DNA from: Diadema antillarum
Lineage: Eukaryota
Assembly: GCF_040938485.1 (NCBI RefSeq)
Contig: NW_027271015.1
Location: forward strand, 1,612,001 to 1,676,000
Reading direction: 5' to 3'
Length of the DNA: 64,000 nt
Every line of letters starts with the position of its first letter. The first letter of the stretch is position 1. Position numbers and translations under genes: made by a program. The notes beneath the pieces were generated by a model. That model saw only the letters and a list, made by a program, of their open reading frames with translations, made no database searches and was not told the DNA's origin. This document shows positions 1-12,910 of this stretch, piece after piece.

Positions 1-86
1 ACCTCTTCCTTATTACGTAATGACAGAATGATCGCCCTCGCTCACTGGGGGTAAATTTAGGCTCCTCCCACTTGAAGCGAATGTGC

Positions 87-184
87 CCAGACCCTTTGCC
101 TTCGGCAAAGGCGGCGACTTCGTCGCGGGGCGGCGACTTCGTCGCCGCGGAGTCCAGTTGGCAAAGGGTCTGGAAACCAGACTA
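87..184. mobile_element. Short GC-rich palindromic element (probable MITE remnant) with three internal hairpins
   Basis: Perfect 14-bp inverted repeat CCAGACCCTTTGCC (87-100) / GGCAAAGGGTCTGG (160-173). A 16-bp direct repeat GCGGCGACTTCGTCGC lies at 111 and 130. The right end reads GTCTGG-AAA-CCAGAC-TA; the left terminus looks truncated. Confidence 0.45.
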
Positions 185-764
185 GACTCCCGGCTGCATA
201 ATGTTGTCAGCTTCAAGACCAGAGGAGCTAGGATTGACAGACTAGGCGCGGCCCTGGACAGCTCGCCTTGTGTTCCCCCGAAGTGACCTGGGCCACTTGA
301 GATTCCTACAGGGTCCACAGCTTGGGGCCAAGATGTCTGACCAACCAAAGTAGGTGTGTGGTCGCTTTTGGTTTCTCACAATTCTATGGAAGACTACCAC
401 ACGTTGCATAACCCAGGGAGGTGCTCCCTGCATAATCATAGGCAATGCTCGGCTAGTGTAGAGAAATAATTTTTTACTCTTCTTTCCACTCTGCAGCTCA
501 CCAAAATACCAACGAAAATGCTCACCTGGTAGGGCCTATATGCATAATTTGGTTGAGTATAAGATTGTGTATATTATTTTGAATATGTGAAGATCTTTGT
601 GATCAATATACGGTAGTCTCTTTTGAATTGAATTTGAATTATCATTACTAAACTAGAGCTTCATAGTGTACATCAGCTGTTTATCTAGATCATGGCATTT
701 AGGTATCTGAAGTATTGGTGTAAAATTGCAAATTTTAAAATTGCAAATTTAACACTTAAGAAAT

Positions 765-1290
765 TCAAAGGACAAGTTCACCTTCATAAACATGTGGGTT
801 TAGTGAATGCAGCAATATTAGTAGAACACATCAGTGAGAGTTTGAGGAAAATCAGACAATGCGTTCAAAAGTTATGAATATTTTGAAATTTCTGCTCAGT
901 CACGGCTGGATTAGAAGACTACTAGTAGCTTTTTATGTAACATGTGTACAACGATATAAAGAAAGAAAATTGAACATATTTTCACTTTTCTCGCATAACA
1001 AAAGAACACTTGACTGCTCTCTTTCAGAAGGCAATAACAAGTCAAAGAAACGTGCACTTTATTCAAAAAGTAAAGTTTTGTGAGATTCTCTTTTTATTTT
1101 CATTATATCGTTCTATGCATGTGACATCATACACTGTAGTAGTCTTCTCAATCAGCAGTGATTGCGCAGATACTTTAAAAATTCACAACTTTAGAACGGA
1201 TTGTCGATTTTCCTCAAACTTTCACTGATGTGTTCTACATTGTTGCATTCACTCAATCCACATGCATATGAAGGTGGACTTGTCCTTTAA
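765..1290. mobile_element. Kolobok-type MITE, subfamily B (AGGACAAGTTCACC termini), central spacer partly deleted
   Basis: TCAA-AGGACAAGTTCACCTTCAT ... ATGAAGGTGGACTTGTCCT-TTAA, with long imperfect inverted arms. Homologous to 9424-9980 and 45644-46210. A TTAA target with RR..YY termini is the Kolobok signature. Confidence 0.8.
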
Positions 1291-2171
1291 GACTAAGAAA
1301 TGACATCATCATTTCACTTCCCTGCTTTATGAGCTATCATTTGCCTTTGAATTTCTTTTATTCATTCTTTTTTTTAGGGGGGGCATGGGTAGAACATACA
1401 AGATACCCCATATGTAAAAGGTCATGATGTTGTACAAGAATAGTCCTCGATGTCCTCACAACAGGTGTCTTGACCACACCACATCATGCCCCGCCCCTGC
1501 CCTCAAAGATGATGTAGCACAGTGGTCTTCCACCATCCAACCAGGGAGGAGTCTCTACTCACCTCCCTGATCAAACCTCTTATCACTCCATGTGTCTCAA
1601 AGTCGAAGCAAGACTTTTTATAAAAACCGCAAATATTCATGTCATGCCCCATCAAAATTCCACATGCTCCTTTTATCGGCAGGGCTAATCTCCAAGGTAA
1701 GGAGTGCCCAAGTGCAATGTCAAACATTTCAAGGCTGAGTCACCAGTCAAAGGCACAATCTGCTACCGATCAGCTCAATTCCTTCCCAGCGAACCCCTCC
1801 CCCCATTCTGTATCAGCGTTCAAGTTTGCCCTTCTTGTCATGTTAATGACGAACAAGAATCACTGGACAGAAATCTGTGGCCACAACCATTCTGAGTAAG
1901 GGCATCTTTTCTCAAGCCATCACTCTACAGGTTTTTTTTTTTTTTCAATGTTAGTACAGAGATTTCCTTGAATTGTTTGAGGGCAGCCACAGACCACTCC
2001 ATCCTGTATGGTAATTACAGGACAGGGGGAAAATCCCCAGGCAAATATTGGTTTGTGGCAGAGGAAGCTTCTTACATCATCATTAGAGGTGTCTTTGAGG
2101 GCTGGCAGAGACCTTGGTACTTCTGTTCAAGGGTTTCATCTTGTTAGAGTAAGTACCATCCATTCAGCACG

Positions 2172-2261
2172 TTAACTCTTTTTGTGCCATAGAGTAAAAT
2201 GTGCACAGACTTCACACACACACCCATGAGCAGGTAGTTAATGTGGCACATAGAGTGTTAA
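2172..2261. mobile_element. 90-bp TTAA-flanked mini inverted-repeat element
   Basis: TTAACTCTTTTTGTGCCA versus the reverse complement of the right end, TTAACACTCTATGTGCCA (15/18 match). Confidence 0.5.
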
Positions 2262-2417
2262 AGGCCCTTTGTGTCAAATCATCTATACAACCACTTTCCC
2301 CAAGTACACTGACTTCTTTTAGAAGTTTGCTGTAAATGAGCATTCCACCCAGCAGAAGACCATCTTTTTCATTCAGTCCCATGACTGAAGAAGGATGACA
2401 CCAGGAAGGAAATTGTT

Positions 2418-2445
2418 ATGAATGAATGAATGAATGAATGAATGA
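2418..2445 (+). repeat. (GAAT)n microsatellite
   Basis: About 7 tandem ATGA/GAAT units. Confidence 0.95.
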
Positions 2446-3620
2446 TATACCGCACAAAAGTATATTTTATATGTCGATGAAAATACAAGAATTAAGATAG
2501 GTGAGGTCAATGGCATACAGTGAGTCTCTGGACATGCTAGTCAACTGGAACCAAGAGTAAGCTTTCTTGGTTATGTGACAGTCCCTTGGGTGAGCCTCAG
2601 ATCTGTTTTGAAAATGGAAAGTTAAATTGTCCGCATTCATAGAAATGTATTATCTCTGCAATAGCTGCAAAGAGTTGAGGTGCGCTATGTGAGTTGTCAT
2701 CTACCAAGGAGGATTTTACTAACCTCGACTTCACTATACCATGAAAGCTTCATTCCAATCTCAAGGACAGTTAACCTCTCATGTACATTACAAACATGAT
2801 GCAAACACAATGACCATAAACATAGCAAAATTTCTGGTCACAGAGTAAAAATAACAAAGACAAAAACAAAAACAAAAACAAAAAACTAACTGCAATAAAA
2901 CTTCAAGCATTGGAAGCTGGAAGACACCAGAAGGAATTAAGATGAAACCAAGTGTGAATTCAACAGAGTAATTAGTTTGATAAAAAGAACTTGCATTTAC
3001 AATATTGCTGACAGTCACTGAAAGTGAGGGTTTGGAAACAAGATCTATAGAATCTGTCAGTGGGCTTAAAGGTAGGGGATACCTTTTACAGACCTCCCAA
3101 AATGCAGCAAAACATTAAATATGAACCTCAGGGGACTTGCTTAGGCCACTGCTTAGAAATTTGGAAGTCAACAGTTATCTAAAATTTGAATAATGCACAA
3201 AACTCAACTACACAGTAGTTCTGTGTGTCAGCCACACTTAAGCCTTTTTGTTGCATTCTTCTGTATTTGTGATCTATAAACACAAATCTAAAAGTACAAG
3301 AGCTGATGTAATAACATATAGAGTGTGTGGTAAGAATGTATATAGAAATGTTTGTAAGTGTTGATGAACTTTCTTCACAAAATATACATGATGGACACAC
3401 ATGCAGTACATGGGTCTGCAAAGGTAGCCTAGTAATGTATTGGAATTTACGGTGAGCCCCGAAAACAATTCAATTCAAAATCTAACCGTCAAAAAAATGT
3501 ACTAAATGTTACCTTCCACTTTCAATACTTTATGGGAGTTTCTAAAATGATATTCTCTTCAACATACCACTGTATTTATACAACTCTTCATTTAAGGCGT
3601 GCAAATGGGATTCCCTACCT

Positions 3621-4022
3621 TTAAAGGGTGGTATAGTATTGGTTGAGGTGAGGTTTCAGCCTTTAACTTTTTGCAAGAGAAGTAGAAACCTCTTCATGCA
3701 ACGTTAAAAGAGCATACAATTCTTAAAGGAAAAAGTTCATTTTGATGAAAATTGGTTTAGGAATGGCTGAGATATCAAAAAACAAAGTAAAACAAAGTGA
3801 TCCTAATGAAAGTTGGGTTCCACCTTTAATTAGGATAGCTTTGTTTTGGATATCTCAGCCATTTCAAAACCAGTTTTCATCAAATAAACTTTGAATTCCT
3901 CTGAGAATTGTATGCTCTTACATATTTCATAAGAGGTTTCTCATTATCTAAAAAAAAAAGTCATCAAAAAATGTTTAATAACTTGAGGCCACATCTCAAC
4001 AGAAACTACACCATACTTTTAA
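3621..4022. mobile_element. Palindromic TTAA-flanked MITE (Kolobok-like, distinct family)
   Basis: TTAA-AGGGTGGTATAGTA... left end and degenerate ...ACTACACCATACTT-TTAA right end. The internal arms pair over more than 100 bp, e.g. TTTTGATGAAAATTGGTT...ATGGCTGAGATATC versus GATATCTCAGCCAT...CCAGTTTTCATCAAAA. Confidence 0.75.
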
Positions 4023-5151
4023 ACTCTCATAGGTGAGGGAGTTTTACCTCTCAAGGCATTATGGGAAGGGTGAGAGTGTCTCCAGGTTCTAATTCATAGC
4101 TTTTTATCCATGATCAACACATTGAAAGTACCTTAAATCACTCAATCATATATTATCTGCTTCAGAAATCAGAGGTTTTTTTTTTCCCACAAGGTAGACA
4201 AAAGACATCTCAACATGATATGACAACAAACTGCTGATTTGATTACCAAATGTCTTGAGCATACATCATTCAATCAGAAGGATGATGTCACACACACTTT
4301 GAAATTTAATGTTTTGGAAATCAGAAGACAGGCAGATACAAGGAATCAAAAAAGAAACTTCAATCAACTTCAAAGCTATCTCAGAGAGCAAGTGCTCTTG
4401 GACTACACAGGTGCTGCTCCGCTAATGAATGTAGCAGAGTAGATATTCCACGAAAAATGCAATGGGGAGTACAGAACACACCATATTTTGAGGTTCAAAT
4501 TAGGATATAATAATTGTAAAGTAATTTGTATGGTGAGGTCTCCATTTTGGACCGTCAGGTCTGGGACACAATGTACTCATCATACAGCCATCACATCCTA
4601 CCAGTTCAAGCTTAAGGTCTCATCAGGCCAAAGATTAGATAATAAACAGTTGTTGTTGGTTTTTCCCACGGCTAACATTGATTTTTTCTTTATTTCTTCT
4701 TCATCTTTTTTTTTTTTAAATATGGAGCTTTCTCAGTAGTATCATTCACACAGACAAAATATTGGGTTAATAATCACGATTCAAATACTGAGATTCCTTG
4801 CAACCATTCAGATGGACAGAAGTACAAGTACCTTGCTAATTGCCAACTGCAATAATTTGTCAACCAAATATGTATGAATGTACATGTCTGAAATCCACTG
4901 AAATAGTGACCCTTGCCCTTGTGCTCATGCACTGTGCAGTGTGCAGTCATGCATGTTTTGAATGACAAGATAAAAATCTCAAGATCTTTGCTCAAGTGTT
5001 AACACACACTCACTGTGGTGCCAAATATCTTGCTACTAGTATTTCTCAAAATCATCGCCATAATTTCAGAACAGTTACAAGATTTCTCGGGAAATGGATT
5101 GTGTAGCTGATCGTGGTATTCAGTAGGATTTTTATGTCCCCAAAGGCGAAA

Positions 5152-5185
5152 TCTTGAGATTTGGACTACGATGCAAATCTCAAGA
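5152..5185. other. Perfect 12-bp hairpin
   Basis: TCTTGAGATTTG - 10-nt loop - CAAATCTCAAGA. Confidence 0.85.
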
Positions 5186-5566
5186 ATTGTATCCCACTGT
5201 TTTGTGACAGTGTGAATCTCACTGTCATCATATAGGCCAAAGGGCCTAAATTAAATAATATACAGTTGTTGTCTTCTTCCCAGAGCTAAGATGCAGTTCT
5301 TTGCACAAGGAGCTTTTTCAATGACATCACTTCAAGAAAGAAGAAGTCGCAAGCTGTCTTTTTTTAAAAATTTAATTCTTCTCCTCCCCTGTATAGATAA
5401 GAATATGAGATAGAAGGAGGGGACAGAGGCCAAAGTTGGGGATACTGAATACTAGTATGCTTTAAATCAAGTTTCACATGATTATATATCACAATTTGAA
5501 GACGTAGCATCATATTGAATAAGACCTGGATCAAAATGAAAATTTCACTCTGTAAAAAAATCATAC

Positions 5567-5628
5567 CACCTTGCTAAACATTCTTGCAAAGTCCTTGCCT
5601 GTTCGCTGATCTTTCTTCCAGGTTTCAT
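5567..5628 (-). CDS. Candidate internal exon, unidentified protein ((D)ETWKKDQRTGKDFARMFSKV, or MKPGRKISEQARTLQECLARW in the other open frame)
   Basis: Acceptor tctgtgtctcattacag| and donor GTG|gtatga on the minus strand. 62 bp, higher GC than the flanks. No homolog recognised and no partner exon established. Confidence 0.35.
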
Positions 5629-6317
5629 CTGTAATGAGACACAGAATACAAATACTGAGATTAATGCTTCCACTAAAGTCTTGTTATGGACTGTTTTAGA
5701 TGGTTGCCACCAAACATGTATGCCCTCTTTATCAGTCCTCCAGAAGACAATCCAAATTCTCATGGCCCAATAAAAAAGAAGAGAAAAAGAATTGTCAAGC
5801 AACTTGACATCTTCACAGCAACACCGGAAGATCTGGCCGGACTTGGAAGAATGCTGTGATCAATAAACAGAAGATAAGATGATTAGACAGCATTTCAGGT
5901 GGTTTACTGGCATTTCATTGGAAGCTTGTCCAAGGGAATACCAGCTATGTTTCTGTATAAAGGTCACAGTGATATAACCATGGATACAGCTTTTCCCCGC
6001 TGAGAAGATTATATTATCTACGTTACAAAAAGCAAACAAACAAACAAACCAACAAACAAAAAGGACTGTTACCATTGATAATGTATACACTCCAAAAGAG
6101 AGAAGTTTTGCAATTCTGAGCCTTGACAAAATAGAGTATATCAAATACCAATTAATTGTCACTACTGGCTATTTTCTGGTGAAACACATTGGAAGAAGTG
6201 TTATAAGTGATCTACATCTTTCACTCATGTATTATCAGAGATGACATTTATTCACACTGCAAAATTTTGGCCTCAAAAATGTATCTAACATACAGACAGC
6301 AGCTACAAATTGCAGAA

Positions 6318-6420
6318 TTGTTTGTTTGTTTGTCAGTTTCATTTCCATCTGAAAAGATGGCTGGATAGCCCATATTCAGCTGCAATAGTCGTTCTTCCGT
6401 GGGGTCCAGTTGGATGTAAC
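6318..6420 (-). mobile_element. 3' end of a LINE/SINE with (AAAC)n tail
   Basis: The core TTTCCATCTGAAAAGATGGCTGGATAGCCCATATTCAGCTGCA recurs at 28258-28301. On the minus strand it ends in an AAAC microsatellite tail, typical of CR1/L2-type 3' ends. Confidence 0.55.
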
Positions 6421-6692
6421 ACATTATGTACATACGACTTTTGCGTGTTCCTGGACAGTTCAGCAAGCCATTCTTAATGATTGTTATTGTTATTTTTATG
6501 TGCTTTCTTTCATTCCCCAATTCTGTTTCCCCTTTGGATATTTTCACAGACTGCTTTATGCAGAAAAAAACAAACAAACAATAAAACAGAACTCAACAAA
6601 CCTGGAATGAAAAATAAATTTGAAGGACCAGTAAATAATTGAAACACAAGTCGAAGTTTGCATTCAAAATAGTCTGGAAACACTTCATTCTA

Positions 6693-6694
<2 letters not shown>

Positions 6695-6742
<48 letters not shown>

Positions 6743-6747
6743 TGTGT
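6695..6747 (+). repeat. (TG)n microsatellite
   Basis: Direct inspection; one TA interruption. Confidence 0.95.
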
Positions 6748-7001
6748 ATCTATCTGTCAGGTATGCTTTTGGCTTAGAGTACACAATCCCTGTCACTGGG
6801 TAACTGAGAGACCAAGGGTTAAAAGCACCTGTGGAACACACCTCCCAACCACCTGTCGATCAGTTGACAGAAGGTGATATACCAAGATACTGAGTATTTA
6901 TATCTGTGACAATAAAGTTAGTGCATCAAATTCCATAGATCAAGGACTGACACCAAATTTTCAGAGGGTGCATGTGTGCAAACTCCAAATGTCTGGGCAG
7001 T

Positions 7002-7023
7002 GGGGGTGGGGATAGGGTTGGGG
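7002..7023 (+). other. Canonical G-quadruplex motif
   Basis: GGGGG-T-GGGG-ATA-GGG-TT-GGGG. Confidence 0.6.
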
Positions 7024-9423
7024 TCGGAAGTGCAGTAAGATTAAGAAGTAGTTTTTGTTGCTGCTGGAAAATTTGTTGCTGTTAATTGGAAAATATAAGG
7101 ACCATGACTCTAACTGCTATTTGTGTTGTTATTGAACATATTGGGAAGTTTGTTTTTTTCTGCAAGATTTAACAAAAACAATGAAAGGCACGCTTCAACA
7201 GTAGCTTTAAGTCTTAAGAATGTCCAGCAATATCTGCTGTTCTATATACCAAATGCAGACCTTGATTGGACGTTCATTTGATGCTTGCGTCTAATGCCCT
7301 TCAGGTTGCCCAATGTCAATATACGTGACATACCAAGCAAAATGACAATCACATGACTGCTGCTACCAAGATTATACGAGGAAAATTGAAAGGGCATTTA
7401 CTCCTTGTTGTACTTTGTATTGCATTGCTCTTCTCCTGTGTCAAAATCGGTATGTGGGCTCATGTGTGGAAATGGCAACTCAAAGAAAGTATACACTGTA
7501 GTATATATCAATGCTTTCATCTAAAAAAAAAAATGCTATTCTGTTAAGGATTTTGTATAAACTAACTCTTCATATTCCTTTATCTTATCACATATGTATT
7601 ACAAACTATCACTCTGTTGCACCATTTACAAAGTGTGTTCTCAAGCATGGCAAAATTGAGACATATGCACATACCATTATTTACACATGCATATCACATA
7701 CACTTCAGTTTAGTGCGTGTCTATCAGAATATGCTGGCACTTTCTTTGGCATATGACAATATGTAACATTGACTTCAGGTAAAACATATCTTGATATGAA
7801 ATATTTCTGTCTATATTTGCTCTAGATATATGATTACAAAGCCATATCATGCTTGCAGAGGATACAATAAAAAAAGATATGGCTTGGTGATCAATGTCCC
7901 CTTGTTGTTTAATCACCATGCGTTCCTAAGACAGGAAATATCGTCATGAGAGAAATTATTCATAGAAATAGACATACGGAATAGAATCAGACACAAGTAA
8001 GAAAGAGAACAAAGAGCTCGGAACATACAATAACTAGAGTGGGGTAGCAAGTGAGAGAGAGAGAGAGAGAGATGAAGAGAGACAGAATAAGCTGCAGAAA
8101 CAGTTGACCCAGAAAAGAAAGAATGTACATGTCCTATTTGGTAAGAGATTACGAGCCATTGTCAGCCAGTCTAAGTAAATTACAACAGTTGGTTCACAAG
8201 ATTAAAAAACACAGTCGTCTCTGGCAAAGTCCTATTTGGTGTTCTACATTTGTGATAAAGAAGGAATAAAACCCTTCCTTTGTAGGCCAGGAGTAGATCA
8301 TTATACAGTGAGGTTTGGGGATAGTGTGTCTATTCACACTGTCAGTACATACTTTCAATTCTTTAAGAAACATATGAGATCTTTTTGTATTAGTTTCTAT
8401 CACCAAAAAAAACCCCCAAAACAGCTTTCTAATGAAACTTTCCAAATGGCCATCCAACCTGAGATTGGCTTGTCTTTGCTATCAATACTTGATCCCTACC
8501 TTGAGCACACACATTTTATTTCATATTTTACAAAAAATCCCAACTCCTTTTAAAAGAAGAAGAAGAAAAAAAAAAACCTTGACACACCTGGACACGACGA
8601 AGGTCACTGACAGTCGATATTTCCGCTGTCGCCACCTCCCTGTCCACTGACATCCAGAGCCCGGGCAACGATTTTTGCAAGAGGTCAATGGAATGCTTCC
8701 ATGGAATGCTTCCACTTTCACCATTTTCTTTGCCAGGATCAAATCATTTTACCACCGCCCAAGATGTAATTCCAGTACCCCCTCTATCCCCCCCCCCCCA
8801 TACCCAATTGGTAAATCTTTGTTACAGATACTTTCTCCAATATTTGGGTTGTTTTCACCACACCTCTGCTCAATCATTTATTAACCTACTTATTGATTCA
8901 TTTATATAATTCTTAAAAACATCTATCCATCTATGTTTTCAATTCCCCTCGAGAGGATTACATAACAACACATTTACATACAAATGTCATTATTTGAGCT
9001 TTACAACTCAAACAAGACATACATTAACTAGCCCATGTGTTATCAAAGCATGCTGGTATATTACTGTGATTTTTTTAATGTCAATATTAGTTATTGTCCC
9101 AGGTTGTAAATCTTGGCCAAATCTGGTTACAGTGGAAGAGTTCTTCACTCAAGGATTCTGGGAGTGCCATAGCTCTCTCTCCCTGCACTGGCCGACACCT
9201 GGAACCACCCGCCCACTGGCCTCCTGGGCGACAACGGGAAGCAAGGCATGATGGCTGCAGCTAATGCAGGAAACAGCTGAAATTTATGATTTAACATGTG
9301 CATTTCCAATTAGGGAAGTCCATAATTTGGCCCTTTCTATGCAGTATTACCCTTTACCATGCCATTAAGCTACAATGAATTCCTGGTTAAAGGTCACGTG
9401 CTATGCTGAGCTTTTATAGCTCA

Positions 9424-9980
9424 TTAAAGGACAAGTTCACCTTTTAGTTAGACTGCATGGATGCAGCAATATCAGTAGAACACATCAGTTAAAGTTTGAG
9501 GTAAGTCAGACAATCCATTCAAAAGTTCTTTTTTTTTAAGTTTCCGCACAGTCACTGCTGGATGAGAAGACTACTACAGTCTATGATGTCACATGCATAG
9601 AACCAATAGAAAGATAATAATATAAAGAGAATTTCACAAATTTCCTTGAAAAGTAAACATTACCTTGACTTGTCATTGACAAGTGTTCAGGGTAATATTA
9701 ATCCCCCTACCTTCTGAAACGGGCAAGCCCAGTCATTGTTTATTATACGAAAAGAGTGATATTATGTTGAATTTTCTTTAAATTTTCTTTGTATTGTTCT
9801 TCACATTGTGATTGTAACATCACAAGCTGTAGTAGTCTTCTCATCCAGCGATGGCAGCACTGAAACTTCAAAAAATTCATAACTTCTGAACGGATTGCCT
9901 CCAACTTTCACTGGTGTGTTTTATGAATATTGTTGCATTCTCACAATTTACAGGTATATGTAGGTGAACTTGTCCTTTAA
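9424..9980. mobile_element. Kolobok-type MITE, subfamily B
   Basis: TTAA-AGGACAAGTTCACCT ... AGGTGAACTTGTCCT-TTAA, long inverted arms, same internal sequence as 45644-46210. Confidence 0.85.
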
Positions 9981-10718
9981 CTCATCTTTTCTGTCCTTCA
10001 GAATGAATATAAAAAAAAAAACAACTTACTATTGCTCTTTGGACTATGCATAAATCAAAAATGAAAGAAGAAAGAAAGATAAAACGTTGCATCGAAGAGA
10101 AGTCACAGGAAGATGGAAATGATGTTGCAGAAGGAAGTGGAAGAGGACACAGTGAAGGAAGAGGATGAATCCAAGAATAGCAACAAACGAAACAAAGAAG
10201 GCAGGGCTGAGGGAGAAGGAAAAAAACCCATGGAAGAGCAAAAGAAGAAAGAGAAGTGGAAAGATGGAAGGAATGAAGGATTAAACAAAGGTGCAGCAGA
10301 TGACAAAGGATCCAAAGGAACTTTATCATAAATCTGAAAAATGTGAGCCTTATCAGTCTTAAGACAATCTTCCTTATCACTCTTTTCAGCAAGCCAGCGG
10401 TTGCTGAGCAGTTCAGCTATTTTCTGCCATGAAATAGTTATATTGACCTGACAGAGCACATAACAATGAGATGACACAGGACAACATGAAGAGATAGATT
10501 AGAAAACACAACAACTAATGTTCAAGGATATGTCAAAGACTAGCCTTGATACCAGTCACTCCTATAGACACACAGAGCTCACTTCACATGAAACAGAGTT
10601 GCTAAATAGTTAGGTCTCCAGAGGGAGTCCCTCCATCCAATTTTTTTTTTTTAAATAGCATTTTTATCATCTGACATAGCTATGTACATGTGAAAGAGAT
10701 AGATTATTTAGTCTTCAG

Positions 10719-10917
10719 ATGTGCAGCTGTTGAAAGAAATGAATGATTTGTGAGTTTAGTTTCAACAAAACATCAATCGTCTTTCTTCTCTGACCCCAAA
10801 CAAATCAGTGTTCATTTCTGTCATTGCTTCTTCCCGCACAGAAGAGGAGACCTAAATGACTTTGAAGTAAAACAAAAGAACATCAGAATGTGCAGGAGTT
10901 GTGACAGAGTGTGGCAG
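10719..10917 (+). CDS. Candidate phase-compatible exon pair 10719-10749 and 10842-10917 (VQLLKEMNDL-RGDLNDFEVKQKNIRMCRSCDRVWQ)
   Basis: gtcttcag|...GATTT|gtgagt, then cttcttcccgcacag|...GGCAG|gtacga. Only one frame is open in each segment and the phases join. Unrecognised protein, 92-bp intron; could be chance. Confidence 0.25.
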
Positions 10918-12775
10918 GTACGAGTATCGATGAAATGTGAACTGCAACTCTGAGAGCATTGTTGAATGTAAACTGAAATGGGAACTCAAAGAGTCAGTGC
11001 ACTTCTGGCTCTCAGCTGGCCAGAGACTCAAGAGGAGAAAATACTGAGCACGCACTGCTACTCACATTGACACTTCAAACAATGTCAACACTGCACCACA
11101 CCCTCCCGTTACTTCTCATATCTTTCCGGGGCCCAAAGAAAGGACCCTTTTGGATATGTCAAGACTAGGATATACTCGGCTCGACGAAGAAACAAGAAGA
11201 TTAAGAACCTGGACATGGAGGGCAATTACCACATCCAGGCAGGATACAAAATGAGGGCGCCAATGCCAACATTTGAGGAACCAGTGAAATATTTGATGAC
11301 TGGCCCAGCCTTTTAGCATAATTGTAAAGGGTGCTAAACTTCTGGGTTGTGCTCTCTGGTGGCAGAGATGCCATCCAATGTTGCTATGGCAACACATCAT
11401 CACCATGAGAGGGGACACACACACATTGATGATGCTTTTGAAAGAGGTGACATGAAGACACAAAGATTTTGGGGAAGCAGTTGTGAATGGAGTTTTTATA
11501 TCTTGTCAGTTGAGAAGCAGGAAAGCCATAAGTCTGTTGTATCAAGTCAGCAGCTTTAACTACATTTTGCTTCTTGGCTTCATACTGGGCTTAGCTGCAT
11601 TCCAAAAGCTCAGCCTCTAGCTAGACGTTATTAATATCAATACTGCAATTCCATGTTTTTGTAGCTTCTGAACAAAGAGCAGTTGACGATGATGTACTGC
11701 ATGATAATGAGAACTGATGGCTTTGAAGTTGGGCAAGCTTTTCTCTCCCAGACTGCTGCTGGAATTTAAACCTTTCATTCCCGTAACACAAGATACCACT
11801 TTGCGCTTATTGTTGTATACATCCTGCCAGTTCTTGATATCTTAATAGGTAGTCTAAATTGATATGCAAGTCTCGCTTGCTTAGAAGGGAAAAAGGAGAC
11901 ACATGTACTCATCCAGGCCAAGATTCATAAAATCATCAAGACTTGGTTAATATGGAGATAAATACCAGGACAGGGGCTTTTGAACCTCAGCACCAAAGAG
12001 TAAACTATATGGTCTTTCACCCCTAAGTTATCAAACAAAGAAGAAATAGGGCAACCCATGTAAGTACCATTTTCTTTTGGCATGTATATGGTGTGTTCCC
12101 TCTTTAATCTTATGTTATCTTTCCACCTGCTTGCAAAGTAAATGTTAGGGCTATGTGGGCGTCTGTGCATATATACCTCCAGGGTCTAGAGAACTTTTTA
12201 GGTGGTTGTCCTATGCAACTTTTGTTGATGATACAATCCTCTGTAGACGTCTCCTGCATAAGTTCGGCATTTGGCTCTTTTTGTCAGATATCACAGCTAC
12301 ATGTTTTGTCTTTTATAATCCCAGTAAATTCCTTATCATTTCATTTATCTATTCTATTTCTAGCATGAGAGCATCAACAGATGTTAGAACAGATGTTAAA
12401 ACAAAGGGAGAGACAGAAAAAGAGAGAAATGCCTACAAATATTACAGTTTTATACAGAAAAAAAAAAAGAGGCAGAACAAGAAACAGGTTGTATACAGAG
12501 AGAGTAAAAAGTTGAGGAAATGACTTCCAGGATTTCTGGCACAAGTTTTCACCAAGATCACTCCAAGTGGACATACCATTACTCAAAAATTTTGGACAAT
12601 CAATGTTCTTTGAAAATGAGAGAGAAAAATTGTGTGAGAGAAAAAAAAGCTTGACAGAGTAATATCACTAGCATCTGTGAATACACACAAACCATCAATC
12701 AAGAATTTCCTTTTACAAAAAAAAAATAATAATATTGATAATTCTGGAAAAAGACATGTTACCTTTTGCATGAGG

Positions 12776-12910
12776 NNNNNNNNNNNNNNNNNNNNNNNNN
12801 NNNNNNNNNNNNNNNNNNNNNNNNNNNNNNNNNNNNNNNNNNNNNNNNNNNNNNNNNNNNNNNNNNNNNNNNNNNNNNNNNNNNNNNNNNNNNNNNNNNN
12901 NNNNNNNNNN
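12776..12910. other. Assembly gap (135 N)
   Basis: Run of N. Confidence 1.

Noticed and set aside
9982-10477. Overlapping ORFs, including a charged E/K-rich 72-aa frame
   Set aside because: GA-rich low-complexity sequence with no splice context or recognisable domain.
10842-11559. Selenoprotein P idea (in-frame TGA codons plus His-rich patch)
   Set aside because: The frame also has TAA and TAG stops and no resemblance to the SELENOP thioredoxin-like domain.
12155-12523. 122-aa ORF with FVDDT resembling an RT catalytic motif
   Set aside because: No upstream QG-type motif in frame; the rest is low complexity.
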